The notes below the pieces were generated by a model, which had not been told where the DNA came from, searched no databases, and saw nothing but the letters and a program-made list of their open reading frames with translations. A stretch of 62,496 nt of DNA, counting the filler, from Methanobacteriota archaeon (lineage in GTDB: Archaea > JACRDV01), in NCBI GenBank assembly GCA_024860865.1. It is 5 parts of 5 records of this genome, joined end to end, with 100 filler letters (N's around TTAATTAATTAA, not from the genome) between each part and the next. Parts side by side here need not be neighbours in the genome. Positions count along the whole stretch, not along the records: positions 9,402 to 30,599 come from JACRDV010000096.1; 4 more parts are not named here. One strand, written 5' to 3'. Positions 19,328 to 30,291 of this stretch are shown here, piece after piece (the first letter of the stretch is position 1; every line of letters begins with the position of its first letter). A program made the translations under genes and the position numbers.

Positions 19328-22297
19328 TTATTTTATCCCTTCTTTCTGCATTATCCCTTCAGCAGCTAAAATCCCAGTTGCTGCAGCACCAACAATACCT
19401 CTAGAGAGCCCTGCCCCATCTCCAGCCACAAAAAGATTTTCAACAGATGTTTCTAGATTTTTTCCAACTTCAACTCTCATTGCATAGAATTTTATTTCAG
19501 GAGCATAAAGTAAAACAGAGTCAGAAGCAACTCCAGGTATGACTTTATCTAACTTCTCAAGCCCTTCTATAATATTTGTAACCACTCGGTGTGGTAAAGC
19601 CATTGCAATATCCCCAGGCGTAACTGTTTTAAGAGTTGGCTCAATCCCAGATCTTGCTATCCTGTCCCAGTAGGATCTTCTTCCCTTTCTTAAATCACCT
19701 AATCTTTGCAAAATTGGCTTTCCTCCTCCAATTGTTGTTGCAAGCTCAGCAATTGACCTTCCATATGCTGTTGTATCCTCAACTGGCTCAGTTAATTGAA
19801 CTCTTGTTAAAAATGCAAAATTAGTATTAGGCGATTTAATATCTCGCAATGAATGACCATTAACTCCAACAAATCCATCGTACATTTCTCTTACCACATA
19901 ACCTGACCAATTGGTACAATTATGAATTACAACTGGTACATTACCAACTACAAATGTCCGATAAGGCGGAATTGAAAAGTCATAAACTGGACCCTCGTAA
20001 TTAAAGACTTTAATTCCAGTTATTTTTGTATCTAGCAATGGTTCATTCGAAAAAAGATCTTTCATATATCGAGGAGTCTGAACTTGTCTCCAGTACTTTG
20101 GTTTGTGACTTAATAGATTTTTTATTCCTGCACCATCCATGGCTAACATTTCTTTTGCAAAATTAATTTGATGCGCTCTTCCGCCAACATAAATATAATG
20201 TTCAAATCCTCGGCGGAAAATTTTTTGATTTGGAGCTGCACTCAATGTATTCTTTCTATATGTTATAGGATAACCTAGTCGCATGAGTAAATATCCTAAT
20301 TGAGCACGAAGCATTTTAGAAGTTGTCATATAATAAACGCCAGTTCTCCCGACATGCCAATCTCCCTTAAAAAGTGCCTTCAATAGGCTAAATATTATGT
20401 TTTTATCAAAGTTGAAAATATATCTTGGTAATTCTTTATTTTTTGCTCCACTTGGAATTCTGAAGACATATTTTAATAATAAACAATGCAAAAGGGATGG
20501 AAAAGTGACTTGGTTATGATAACGACTAGTTAAATAATGCGCAACATCTTTTCCAATAATCTTCATGCTTTGTATGATTTCTTCTCTAATTGTTTTGCTA
20601 TTATTTGTAAAAGCGATGAAATAATTATGGTGATGTAAATTAAAATTGTAATTTCCATCTGAAACAAAATAACCCAAAATTCTTGCTAGGTCGCGCGTAA
20701 TTGGTAAAATAACAGGCAGCTCAATAATACTACCGGTAAGTCCAAGCCTAAATTTTCTATAATAAGAATCCTTAACGCCATATTTTTCTATTAACTTAAT
20801 TAACTTTAAAAATCTCAGTCTGTTATGGTCATATTTGCAATAGAGTTGCTCATAGGTCGCTGTTAGATCCTTTCGCTTAATCTCATCAATATAATCTTCA
20901 GTGCCTCTAACAATTATCTTAGTTAAAAATTTTCTCGGAACATATTTCTTAAATTCTTCAATCAAATTTAATTCAGCAATGATTTTAGCCGTATCTGGCA
21001 AATTGCGAATTCTTGGCAGGAGTTGACCGGTTTTAACTTCAGTAGCTTTTTTTGGTGTATACTTTAAAATAGGGTCTTTCACCCACTTATAGAAAACGAA
21101 TTTACCTTGCATGCTTTTCCAGACGTATCCGTGCTTTAGTAAATGTTTTAATCGTTCTCTAACTAATGCAACATGAAGTCCAATTTTTTTTGCAATTTCT
21201 TCTGAGCGCACTAGCCCGCTTTTCCTTAAAAGTGTAAGTATCGACATTTCTTCTGGTGTTATATTATCACGAATGAGCAATAAGTGATCAGCAGTTACGC
21301 AAATCTCGCCTCCTTTGAATAACTTCAATCTTACCATTTTACCCTTATAAAAGCGCTTAGTTTTGCATTCTGGTTTTAGCATTTTGATTTTTTTATTATC
21401 TAAATCAACAGAAGCTATGCTCGCTCCACTTGGAACATTTTTAATTCGATCAATATGTAATATGCCATTATCTTCGTAAAAGATCGGTTCATTTGGATGG
21501 AGGCAGAAGGTGCGAACGAAATCATCGTAAGTTTCAGTAAAAATATGAAACTTTGGATCGCGATTGATCTTAATAACCGGTTCAATTACTATATTTGGTA
21601 CTTCTACTCTAACCCCAACATCAATTGGCTCATGAGAAAATTTGATTCCTAATGAACTTGCTTTTTGCTCCAACCAATTTGCTCCGATCCTACCTGTAGC
21701 CGCGATGATGTACTTGCACTTAATCTCTTTTCCATTTATACGAACAAATCCTTTTCCAAAATCTTCAACTTTGGTATCAGCAAGTATCTTCACACCATTT
21801 TTTTCTAAAGTGTTTTGGATAGCTTTCAAAACTTTTGGGGTATAGTCCGAACCAACTAGCCTTTGTGGAATTTGGATGAACTTAACTCCAGCAGCAGCTG
21901 CTTTTCTGGATAACTCGAGCGCTGTATTGCTCGGCTCATAAAGCTCATTAGGAGCTCCATGCTTCAAAAAAACATCATCAACTTTCTTAACCAAATCCCA
22001 GGCTTTTTTCTCATTTTTAGTTAGATCTATTAGGTTACCACCGATATCTGGCCTTAAATTTAAAATACAGGATGAAAGCCCGCCAGCCCCTCCAACTCCA
22101 GACATAATATTGCATGGCTTACAGCGTTTGCATTCGCCAATTGCTACTCCAATTATGCCTGCTGGACAATTGCGTTTATCGACCGGTTTACCTTGCTCTA
22201 AAACCAAGACATTCAGTTTGCTTTTCTCAGAAAGCTCATAAGCAGCAAATAGACCAGCTGGGCCTGCTCCGATTATCACAACGTCGGCTTTTTCCAT
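19328..22297 (-). CDS. NAD(P)/FAD-dependent oxidoreductase (COG2509-like) interrupted by an intein; ~460 aa after splicing
   Basis: GAGPAG Rossmann motif, [44 protein letters not shown]. Confidence 0.92.
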   Translation of the reverse strand: MEKADVVIIGAGPAGLFAAYELSEKSKLNVLVLEQGKPVDKRNCPAGIIGVAIGECKRCKPCNIMSGVGGAGGLSSCILNLRPDIGGNLIDLTKNEKKAWDLVKKVDDVFLKHGAPNELYEPSNTALELSRKAAAAGVKFIQIPQRLVGSDYTPKVLKAIQNTLEKNGVKILADTKVEDFGKGFVRINGKEIKCKYIIAATGRIGANWLEQKASSLGIKFSHEPIDVGVRVEVPNIVIEPVIKINRDPKFHIFTETYDDFVRTFCLHPNEPIFYEDNGILHIDRIKNVPSGASIASVDLDNKKIKMLKPECKTKRFYKGKMVRLKLFKGGEICVTADHLLLIRDNITPEEMSILTLLRKSGLVRSEEIAKKIGLHVALVRERLKHLLKHGYVWKSMQGKFVFYKWVKDPILKYTPKKATEVKTGQLLPRIRNLPDTAKIIAELNLIEEFKKYVPRKFLTKIIVRGTEDYIDEIKRKDLTATYEQLYCKYDHNRLRFLKLIKLIEKYGVKDSYYRKFRLGLTGSIIELPVILPITRDLARILGYFVSDGNYNFNLHHHNYFIAFTNNSKTIREEIIQSMKIIGKDVAHYLTSRYHNQVTFPSLLHCLLLKYVFRIPSGAKNKELPRYIFNFDKNIIFSLLKALFKGDWHVGRTGVYYMTTSKMLRAQLGYLLMRLGYPITYRKNTLSAAPNQKIFRRGFEHYIYVGGRAHQINFAKEMLAMDGAGIKNLLSHKPKYWRQVQTPRYMKDLFSNEPLLDTKITGIKVFNYEGPVYDFSIPPYRTFVVGNVPVVIHNCTNWSGYVVREMYDGFVGVNGHSLRDIKSPNTNFAFLTRVQLTEPVEDTTAYGRSIAELATTIGGGKPILQRLGDLRKGRRSYWDRIARSGIEPTLKTVTPGDIAMALPHRVVTNIIEGLEKLDKVIPGVASDSVLLYAPEIKFYAMRVEVGKNLETSVENLFVAGDGAGLSRGIVGAAATGILAAEGIMQKEGIK
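19919..21505 (-). mobile_element. Intein (529 aa) with LAGLIDADG homing endonuclease and an inserted wHTH
   Basis: Starts CLHPNEPI (Cys1 = residue 265); block [14 protein letters not shown] and LKALFKGD motifs; block F VYDFSI; ends VIHN followed by +1 Cys. Confidence 0.93.
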
Positions 22298-22426
22298 AAA
22301 AATAGTTCCCTTGTCTATAGCAGCGCTTCCTACTCTTTAATTTTTCGAATGTAGAGTTGTTTGATTATTATACATTTGTATAAAATTTAGAAATATTTAT
22401 ATACATCAGTATAATGTGGATTTTAC

Positions 22427-23029
22427 ATGCTGATCTCAGAGAAAATAACCAATGATATTATCAAAAGATACTTAAATGGCGAGAGCCCGCGACTTATTGC
22501 AAAAGATATAGGAGTCCATTATCAGACAGTATATTACCATCTAAAGAGAACAGACGCAATAGGTCAACGAAAGGAATTTTGGAAGAAAAAAGCAGAGGAG
22601 CTCGAAGATAAACTTGTTAAACTTGGCGAAAAAAATCTCGGCTTGCTGTTTAAATCCATGTCAAAATTTGTAAAACCAGTGCAATCAAGTCTTAATCCAA
22701 ATGATACTATTCAAGATGCTCTGCGAATAATGTTACAGGGAATACGACGAATCCCAGTTTTAAAAGACAAAAAAGTCGTTGGCACTTTGACTTCCATTGA
22801 TATAATTAGAAACTTAACTGATTTAATTACTGGCGATAAAGTTAAAGAGGTTCAACATTATATGACCGAGCCAGTAATAATTAGTTCAGATAAAAATCTG
22901 ATTGAAGCTGCAAAACTTATGTGCGAAAAAAATGTTTCGGGTTTGTGGGTTATAAATAAACATGGTAAATTAATCGGCTCTATATCACAAACCGATTTAG
23001 TCTGTGCTATTGCTGATTTAATGAGGTGA
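22427..23029 (+). CDS. HTH + CBS-pair protein (putative regulator)
   Basis: N-terminal HTH (SPRLIAKDIGVHYQTVYYHLKR); CBS motifs IRRIPVL..GTLTSIDI and GSISQTDL. Confidence 0.8.
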   Translation: MLISEKITNDIIKRYLNGESPRLIAKDIGVHYQTVYYHLKRTDAIGQRKEFWKKKAEELEDKLVKLGEKNLGLLFKSMSKFVKPVQSSLNPNDTIQDALRIMLQGIRRIPVLKDKKVVGTLTSIDIIRNLTDLITGDKVKEVQHYMTEPVIISSDKNLIEAAKLMCEKNVSGLWVINKHGKLIGSISQTDLVCAIADLMR

Positions 23030-23033
23030 GAAA

Positions 23034-24401
23034 ATGATAGAAAGAAGAGAAATGCAAGAAATGGTTGCAAAATATAAAGAGCCTATAGTACTATCCATAG
23101 GAAGCCATTCTGCACTCGATGTGCTTGACGGAGCACGAGCATATGGTTTTAGAAGAATAGTGTATGTTCCACTTAAAAGAGCAAACATTTACTTAAGGCA
23201 TCCAATAGTTGGAGACCAAAATGAGGAAATTGAAGACTTGCCAGAAATTGTGAAAAGAGACTTAATCGTAACTAATGACGTTGCTCAAATTAAAAAGAAA
23301 GGAAATTGGAAGCTTGCAATTTTAATTGTAGATAGATATGATGACGTACTAAAAAATGAGTATCAAGATGCGTTTACTGAGCTTGAAACCATTCAAATCC
23401 CAAATAGAGCTTTTGCAGTTTATGTGGGAGGATATGCCTGCGAAAAAATCGAACGGAACTTTAAACTTCCAATACTTGGAAGCCGAAATTTGCTTAAGAT
23501 TGAAAATCGAGAAGAAGTGAAAGAGAACTACTACTATCTTTTGGAGAAAGGAGGAGTTCCACACCCGGAGGAATATAAGTACAAAGTTATTGGAAGTGGA
23601 ATAGAATTTGAACAGGAAGTGCCTGGACCAGTTGTATTTAAAGTGCCACATGCAGTTAGGAGACTTGAAAGAGGTTTTTTGTTTGCAGCTAACGGAAAAG
23701 AAATGGAAAGAAAAGTGAGAGAGGCAATTGAACAGGGAGATATTGACCCAAATGATTTAAAGGATGGACGTGCTGAAGAATATGTTCCTGGAGTAACTGC
23801 AAATTTGAACTTCTTTCATTCGCCTATTGATGCTAAAGCTGACTTAGGAGAACTTTCAAAATATTATGAAAATAATTTAGGTACACAATTTATTTCAGTG
23901 GATATGAGATTCGAAGCTACTCACGATGGAATTTCAAGAATGCATGCTAAAGACCAAATCCAATGTGATTGGAGTAAAACTCGATATTCAGAAACATTTG
24001 AAGTAGTCGCACATGGCGGAGAAAGCGTTAGAGAATCTTTGTTAAGATTAGTTTTTCCTATTGTGGATAAATTTGATAAAATTTGCAAAGAAGAGTATCC
24101 GCCAGGAATGATTGGTGCATATTGTATTCAGACTCTAATCACTTTTAGGCAGCAAGCTCTCATGGAAGGCGCTACCATTGGGGTTTATGATGTTCCAGAA
24201 GGAAAAAGAGTCACCGATTTTGATTTTGTTTGCCAGGATGTAGCAACAAGGTTAGGAGGCGGAACAAATGCTCACATGGGCCTTGGGGGGCAATATGGGA
24301 TCGTACTATACAATAAACAAGGAATGTCAATGGGAAAGAGAATTGCATTAGAGCTAAAAAAAGCTAAAGAGAAGAAAATGTTAGAAGAAATTGTTACTTA
24401 A
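23034..24401 (+). CDS. purP: PurP-like ATP-grasp ligase (DUF1246/DUF1297)
   Basis: IGSHSALDVLDGA, IPNRAFAVYVG, LERGF, RESLL, PPGMIGAYCIQ, MGKRIA.E; longer than usual because of insertions. Confidence 0.8.
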   Translation: MIERREMQEMVAKYKEPIVLSIGSHSALDVLDGARAYGFRRIVYVPLKRANIYLRHPIVGDQNEEIEDLPEIVKRDLIVTNDVAQIKKKGNWKLAILIVDRYDDVLKNEYQDAFTELETIQIPNRAFAVYVGGYACEKIERNFKLPILGSRNLLKIENREEVKENYYYLLEKGGVPHPEEYKYKVIGSGIEFEQEVPGPVVFKVPHAVRRLERGFLFAANGKEMERKVREAIEQGDIDPNDLKDGRAEEYVPGVTANLNFFHSPIDAKADLGELSKYYENNLGTQFISVDMRFEATHDGISRMHAKDQIQCDWSKTRYSETFEVVAHGGESVRESLLRLVFPIVDKFDKICKEEYPPGMIGAYCIQTLITFRQQALMEGATIGVYDVPEGKRVTDFDFVCQDVATRLGGGTNAHMGLGGQYGIVLYNKQGMSMGKRIALELKKAKEKKMLEEIVT

Positions 24402-24412
24402 AATTTTTGTAA

Positions 24413-24528
24413 GTATTTAGCTCCTTCGTTTACTTAAGAAAAATCCTAACATTTGGTCTTCTACGAGTACGACCTATTTCTGTTTAAAGTTATTTTTCTT
24501 ATTGGATACTAGATATCTATTTATAAGT
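24413..24528. repeat. Dispersed ~117-bp repeat, copy 2
   Basis: Near-identical inverted match to 1-117. Confidence 0.85.
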
Positions 24529-24649
24529 AGTTTCCAGTTGGAAAAAGAAGAATAAAATAAATATAGCTAAATCCGTACTAAAATTTTTTGTTAAATATCT
24601 AAATATCCACTTTTGTTATAAGGTTTAGGATTTTTTCTGGGTTAAAATT

Positions 24650-25111
24650 ATGTATGAAAGATTTGAAAAATTATTCAATAAAGTTATAGAATTAGCATCT
24701 AAAGAATACCCAAAAGATAAAACAAAATTCATTTTAACTCCATTAGACACTGAAACCTGGAATAAAACTATAACTTTAGAAAAAATTCCAACTGAAACAT
24801 TAGCTTTTATTAACCTTAATCCATGCAAAAAAGAGGATAAAGAAGAACATTTTCATATTTATTTTAATCCAGAAAAATTGTTGCCATACTCTGATACAGA
24901 AATTTTATATTTATTTTTACATGAGATAATTCATGGAATAGAGCACAATAAAATTTTTTTGGGAATTGCGGAGCGAGAGACTTATCCTATGCAACTTATA
25001 GAATCTATCGTAACCTTAAGAGCTAGACAAATTTTAGAAAGAAATAAAATTTTTCTCCAAGAAAAACAAATTCAAATGCTAGCTTCCAAATTAGCTAAAA
25101 GCATCAGCTAA
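24650..25111 (+). CDS. Hypothetical protein with HExxH zinc-metallopeptidase motif
   Basis: LFLHEIIHG. Confidence 0.55.
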   Translation: MYERFEKLFNKVIELASKEYPKDKTKFILTPLDTETWNKTITLEKIPTETLAFINLNPCKKEDKEEHFHIYFNPEKLLPYSDTEILYLFLHEIIHGIEHNKIFLGIAERETYPMQLIESIVTLRARQILERNKIFLQEKQIQMLASKLAKSIS

Positions 25112-25122
25112 CTGATTTGTTG

Positions 25123-25596
25123 CTATCTATACATAATATCCCAAATTTCTAGCTCTGGTCTCCTTAATTTAGGCGGCAAGGGCATTCCCTTTAAATGAAT
25201 GTACAAACCAGTTTCATCCCTGACTATATAATAGTGCAAATAATCAAGAATCATTAAAATATCTTTTGGATATAGCACAAATTCCTCTACAAATTCTTCT
25301 GGTGTAAAACTTCCATCTGGCACTCTTGCTATGATAATCCCTTTAAAATTTAATGACCGATCTAAAATATCCAAATACTGCTCTTCTATTTGAACGCAGT
25401 TAATTGCCTTATTTGTTAACCAAAAAAGTTTATACAAATCTTTATAATCAAAAATTTGGCGTGTTAATGTGGGTAAAATAACAAATTCGCTATCTTCAAG
25501 CTCTTTTTGGAGTAATTCTAATAACTCTATCAACTTCTCTTTTGTTGGATTTTTCTCGGCTTTTAATATTTTTTCACTAACTTTTTCTTTATCCAA
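25123..25596 (-). CDS. Hypothetical protein
   Basis: 157-aa ORF with coding-like composition and an upstream GGGAAG. Confidence 0.55.
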   Translation of the reverse strand: MDKEKVSEKILKAEKNPTKEKLIELLELLQKELEDSEFVILPTLTRQIFDYKDLYKLFWLTNKAINCVQIEEQYLDILDRSLNFKGIIIARVPDGSFTPEEFVEEFVLYPKDILMILDYLHYYIVRDETGLYIHLKGMPLPPKLRRPELEIWDIMYR

Positions 25597-25822
25597 TCTC
25601 TTCCCTTAATTTACTCCAATACTCGAAATTTTGACTGCTAAAAACGTACATGAAGCATATTAGTAAATTAACTAGACTTTATTTAATATTGTTGAATTTG
25701 ATTTAGAATAATCTAAATTTTAAAATAACTTACTTTAATATAAATATGATACAATAAAAAAGAGCAAGCAGTATACTAAAAAATTTTAAATAAATACATC
25801 AATAATTTTGAATATATAAAAA

Positions 25823-26329
25823 ATGGTGGAGAATTTGTCATCTACTTTAAATGAATTGAAAAATATTGGTGATGGTCATATCTATCTACAAAGTGGAGAT
25901 TATCAAAAAGCCGAAGAGATTTACAGAAAAATCTATAAAGGTTTACTCGAGAAGCAATCCTCAGAAAATAAGCGGTTTTCAAAATCGAATATTTTATTTT
26001 TAATAGGTATTTCACTTTTCTTTCAAAAAAGAGTGAAAGATGCCATCCATTATTTCATTCTTGCTTGCTCAGAACAGCTTTTAGATGCCCCAATTGGTAA
26101 AGAAGACCCAGTAATATGTGCACCGGTAGGTCCGGGCAATGTACTTAAGTCCCTTTTTTGCTTTAATGTGCAAAGCCTTGAATTGGTTAAGGATATTGCC
26201 ATAGTAAAAAAGAAAAATGGAAAAATCCCACCTGATCCAGAGGAAATTTTTAAAGAATTTCTACAAAAGCAAAATATTAGTGAAGATAAAATATTGACCC
26301 TCTGTGAAAAATTTCCAATTCAAGTATAA
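25823..26329 (+). CDS. Hypothetical TPR-like protein
   Basis: GHIYLQSGDYQKAEEIYRK helical-repeat pattern. Confidence 0.55.
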   Translation: MVENLSSTLNELKNIGDGHIYLQSGDYQKAEEIYRKIYKGLLEKQSSENKRFSKSNILFLIGISLFFQKRVKDAIHYFILACSEQLLDAPIGKEDPVICAPVGPGNVLKSLFCFNVQSLELVKDIAIVKKKNGKIPPDPEEIFKEFLQKQNISEDKILTLCEKFPIQV

Positions 26330-26390
26330 TATTAATTTTGCAAATTTGATAATTTTTTTAAATTTTAGTGGGATATGAAAGGAAGAAATA

Positions 26391-26747
26391 ATGGGAATAG
26401 TTCAAAAAGCTTTGCTATTTGAAAGTGGCGCACTTAGAAACCAGGCTTTCAATTTATTGGGTTCAACCGTATCACTTAGAGAAGAAATTCCTTTGTTTGA
26501 TTTAGCTGTCAGAACAATTGATTGCAAGACCCATAGCCGCAGAGAATACTATTTATTTATCACTGGTGAATTAGAAGATGTTGCAAATTGCCTTAAGTTC
26601 TTGGAAATGAATAAGTTTTACTTTAGCGTTCCTGAACCAATTGTATATAGGGAGCCTGATTTTGAATGGGTTTTTCCAAAGCTAGAACCTTTACCTCAGG
26701 AGAAAAAAGGTGAAAAAGTAGAGATTATGCTCGCTTACAAAGGGTGA
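26391..26747 (+). CDS. Hypothetical protein
   Basis: 118-aa ORF with a purine-rich RBS. Confidence 0.55.
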   Translation: MGIVQKALLFESGALRNQAFNLLGSTVSLREEIPLFDLAVRTIDCKTHSRREYYLFITGELEDVANCLKFLEMNKFYFSVPEPIVYREPDFEWVFPKLEPLPQEKKGEKVEIMLAYKG

Positions 26748-26894
26748 TATAAAACCCAACAGAAAGTTCTGCATTTCAATAATTTAACAATATTTGGAAC
26801 TAAAAAATCTCTAAATCAAAGATTTTTGGTCCTTTTTTTGTGTAATAATTATTAAGTTCATTTTTTAATATGAGATTAAAATGGTTGCATTGGA

Positions 26895-29510
26895 ATGGCT
26901 AAGAAAGTAGCTTTTTATATGGACTATGATAAATACGGCCGAAATGAAGCTCCTGGTATTCTGCTTTTCGTTCAACTGCTTAGAGATAAAGGATATGAAG
27001 TGGATTTTATAACTTCAGAGCAAGAGCTACTCCATAAATTAGAGCATAATAGATATGATGCCGTTGCTGTTTCTGCTTTTAGCAGTTTAGAATTGCGTGA
27101 TATTTTAAAGACGGCAATTAAGATCAAAAAGCAAGATCCTTGTATTGTCACTATTCTTGGAGGGCATGGAGCATCGACAAATGCCCAAAAATTATCTCAT
27201 GCTACAGGCATCGATGTAGTTGTAGAAGGTGAAGCAGAGAATTCTCTCCCCCTTATTTTAAAAAATGTTGAAAGGGCTGAAGTACCTGCTATAGAATCGA
27301 TTAATGATCGAGCTGAACTGGACCTAACACAAGAGCAAATCGAATTTTTAGGTATAGAAGCTGTTAATTTGTTACTAATGGATAGAGTATATTATAGAAG
27401 CCCAATAACCAAGGAACAGGCTGAAAGACTGATAAATTCTTCATTTGAAAGAATAACCACAAAAGATGGCGAACAAATAAAATTAAATGTACCTCTATCA
27501 GGTGTAATTTTTAGCACGCGAGACGGTAATTTTTTCGATATGAGTAAGATAACCAAAAGTACTGACCATAGCTGGACAGATGCACATCAAAGGAATAAAC
27601 TGGTGTGGGAAAAAGAACATTCTAAAAAATTTCCACTAATCTTACAAGAGTTTATCCATTACATGCATCTACATCCAACTGACGAAGAATGGAACAAACA
27701 AACTACAAAATATCCATGGGACATAGTAAAAGAAAAGAACTGGACTAATATCAGTTTATATGTGCAAAAGGGATGCTCCTGGCGCAATTGTGCATTTTGC
27801 GGTGTAACTACAGTGGGAGGTAGAAGGCTCAAGGTTAAGTCAAAAGAGAGTTTAAGCGTTATTCAGATGTTGGAAGAAGCTAGAGACAACGGCATTAAAG
27901 CAGTTACATTTGATGATGATGAATTTGTTCAAGACCAAGAATGGGTAAAAGAACTATGCAATGAGATAATGAAGCGCAAATTAAATGAAAAATTAGTTTT
28001 CAGTGCAATGATAAGAGTGGAGTCAATTAAAAGAACACAATTGTCAAAACATCATATCAAGAAAGCGATAAACAGCATCAAGGGAGAAGAAAATAAAAGA
28101 ATAGTTTCAGAAATGTTAAAATACATAGAAGATGAAGGACTTAACAATTTTTTTAAAGAACTTAATTTTGGTGGTAAGTTTGGTAAAGAACAAGCAATAG
28201 CAGAGCTGATAGGAAAATTAAATGAATTCTTGCCAGAATCTGAGAAAATAGCACTTAACGAATATCTTTCTGATAAATTAATAGAACATTTTCTACTGCA
28301 ATTGCTAAAAGATGCAAACTTTATAAAACTTCAAATTGGAGTAGAAAGTTTCGTTCCAGAGAAAATAAAATATTTTCAAAAAACGAGGGAGGGAAAAGAA
28401 GAAAAATACATTGAAAAAGCAAAAGAACTAATTCGATCTTGTTTAGAAGCAGATATAATCCCTGGAATATTCGTAATTACAACAAGACCTAAGCAGAAGC
28501 GCGCCTTAAGTGAAATTGCTGAAGAACTAAAAATAATTTCTAGTATACTTAAGGAGTCTTATGAAAAGTATAACATAATTCCAATTTTTAGTTTTAATGA
28601 TATGCTGATGGCATATCCCGGTGCTCCGTTGCTTAAAAAAGAAGGGATAAAAAAATTTTTGGCTCCATTGAGACCGGTTATAGTTGCTAAAGGAGAAAAA
28701 GTAAAAATTGAAATTGAAACTTTAGAAATTCCGTATATTTTTAAACTTAAAAATATGGCGCTAACTAATTTTATTAGCAATCTATTTGCCATCAGTAAAA
28801 GCAGAAAATTACCTCCTGAAGAACTAAACGAAACGATAGAACACATTAAAGATGCAACAAGTGCTCTTGAAATATCTGCAAAGCAATTAGGCACCCTTTC
28901 AAGCATAATTTACGAATTTATAAGAGAACTTGGTTCCGATGGCAGGTTTGCTGGAGAACAAGCTGCTGTTAAGTTGCTGATTGAACTTAACGAATTTTTG
29001 CCTGAGTGGCATAAAATAACTCTGGATGATGGGTCCGCAATCAAACCAGATGCCCATTTAATAGGGCACGATAAATCAATTCCTGATAAATTGAAAAAGT
29101 TGTTGGTACGTAACATTTTGACGCCAGAGAATGTTGTTAATGCAATTAAAAATACCCAAAATAATGGGAACAAAAAGATGTTAGAATTTATCAATGATGA
29201 AGTAACCAAACAACAATTAGCAGAAAAGGATGAAGTTTTAGACAAATGCGGCGAGATAAATAGGAATATCCTAGACTTAGAAAACTCGATTGACGAAAAC
29301 ATAAAAAAATATCTTAGCCAATTAAGAGATGAGTTAGAAAAATTGAATGAAATTAGAGATACAAAAATATTTGCTCAGAAAATTAATGAAATGTGCGAAA
29401 GAACTAAGGACTTTATAGAAAAGGTATTTCCTTCACTTAAAGGAAGAACAACATTAAATTCAGTTATAAATTGGCTTTCAACATACTCTATTAAAGAAAA
29501 AATTTTATGA
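26895..29510 (+). CDS. Large cobalamin-binding radical SAM protein
   Basis: N-terminal B12-binding fold (ILGGHGAS, DVVVEGEAE); KGCSWRNCAFC; TFDDDEF; IGVES; AYPGAPL; long helical insertions and tail. Confidence 0.85.
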   Translation: MAKKVAFYMDYDKYGRNEAPGILLFVQLLRDKGYEVDFITSEQELLHKLEHNRYDAVAVSAFSSLELRDILKTAIKIKKQDPCIVTILGGHGASTNAQKLSHATGIDVVVEGEAENSLPLILKNVERAEVPAIESINDRAELDLTQEQIEFLGIEAVNLLLMDRVYYRSPITKEQAERLINSSFERITTKDGEQIKLNVPLSGVIFSTRDGNFFDMSKITKSTDHSWTDAHQRNKLVWEKEHSKKFPLILQEFIHYMHLHPTDEEWNKQTTKYPWDIVKEKNWTNISLYVQKGCSWRNCAFCGVTTVGGRRLKVKSKESLSVIQMLEEARDNGIKAVTFDDDEFVQDQEWVKELCNEIMKRKLNEKLVFSAMIRVESIKRTQLSKHHIKKAINSIKGEENKRIVSEMLKYIEDEGLNNFFKELNFGGKFGKEQAIAELIGKLNEFLPESEKIALNEYLSDKLIEHFLLQLLKDANFIKLQIGVESFVPEKIKYFQKTREGKEEKYIEKAKELIRSCLEADIIPGIFVITTRPKQKRALSEIAEELKIISSILKESYEKYNIIPIFSFNDMLMAYPGAPLLKKEGIKKFLAPLRPVIVAKGEKVKIEIETLEIPYIFKLKNMALTNFISNLFAISKSRKLPPEELNETIEHIKDATSALEISAKQLGTLSSIIYEFIRELGSDGRFAGEQAAVKLLIELNEFLPEWHKITLDDGSAIKPDAHLIGHDKSIPDKLKKLLVRNILTPENVVNAIKNTQNNGNKKMLEFINDEVTKQQLAEKDEVLDKCGEINRNILDLENSIDENIKKYLSQLRDELEKLNEIRDTKIFAQKINEMCERTKDFIEKVFPSLKGRTTLNSVINWLSTYSIKEKIL

Positions 29511-29547
29511 TAATTTTTGGTTGACTGAAGTTAATGAAGGCTTAACT

Positions 29548-30144
29548 TTAAAATTTATGACCACCCTTGCAGTAAAATGCTGCCGGCTGAAACCATTCTA
29601 GTTCAGGGATGACTAAAACTTTTATTTTTTCTTTTTCTATATAGGTAGAGAGTTCATCAAGTGTACCAAACTTTCTTGCTTTATATGGACACTTTGACAC
29701 ACAAACTGGCACTTGACCTCTATCCACTAGATGCGCACACATATTACACTTATCAGCAATGCCAATTTTGTCGTTGAACTGTATAGCTCCATATGGGCAG
29801 ACCAAAATACATTGCTTGCAACCGATGCACTTGTCTGCTACTATGTGAACTATCCCATCTGCACGCCTTTCTATCGCTCCCTTAGGACAGGATTCGATAC
29901 ATGGCGCTCTGCCACAGTGGTAACAGTTCTGGGGTACAAACAGTTTTTGGGGTACCCCCCATCTTTTGTCTATTTCCTTGTTTTCGGGTTCAAATGTAAC
30001 TACACTGGAGGATGGATCAAGCACTGTCACGCGTATTCGCCATATGGTCTTTGGAAGATTGTTTTCTCTTCTGCACCAGACCTCGCAGGCATGGCATCCA
30101 GTACAGGTATTTATATCAGTAAGAAAGCCGTACTCTTTTGAGAT
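29548..30144 (-). CDS. 4Fe-4S dicluster protein (DmsB/NrfC-like); frame extends 38 codons upstream of the listed ORF with no canonical start
   Basis: In-frame upstream SKEYGFLTDINTCTGCHACEVWC supplies the first Cys motif. ATC at 30144 follows a GGGGGT RBS-like run. Confidence 0.8.
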   Translation of the reverse strand: MSKEYGFLTDINTCTGCHACEVWCRRENNLPKTIWRIRVTVLDPSSSVVTFEPENKEIDKRWGVPQKLFVPQNCYHCGRAPCIESCPKGAIERRADGIVHIVADKCIGCKQCILVCPYGAIQFNDKIGIADKCNMCAHLVDRGQVPVCVSKCPYKARKFGTLDELSTYIEKEKIKVLVIPELEWFQPAAFYCKGGHKF

Positions 30145-30291
30145 ATTTAAACCCCCAAATCTCTTTAGACGGGATTATTTTCCCTAATACCTTATATTTT
30201 CTTTCCCCGCATGGTTCTGTTGCATTTTCGGGACTTAATACTTCCGGTGACCTCTGTCAAGTTATATACTTAAAGAATTGCATAATAAGGT

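Noticed and set aside
23034-24401. Insertions in the PurP-like protein as hidden introns or inteins
   Set aside because: They are in frame, protein-like, and I saw no intein termini or BHB structure.
30130-30215. Missing start of the FeS gene explained by an intron
   Set aside because: Only an imperfect gagattt/aaatatctc hairpin is present, with no BHB motif and no convincing upstream exon.
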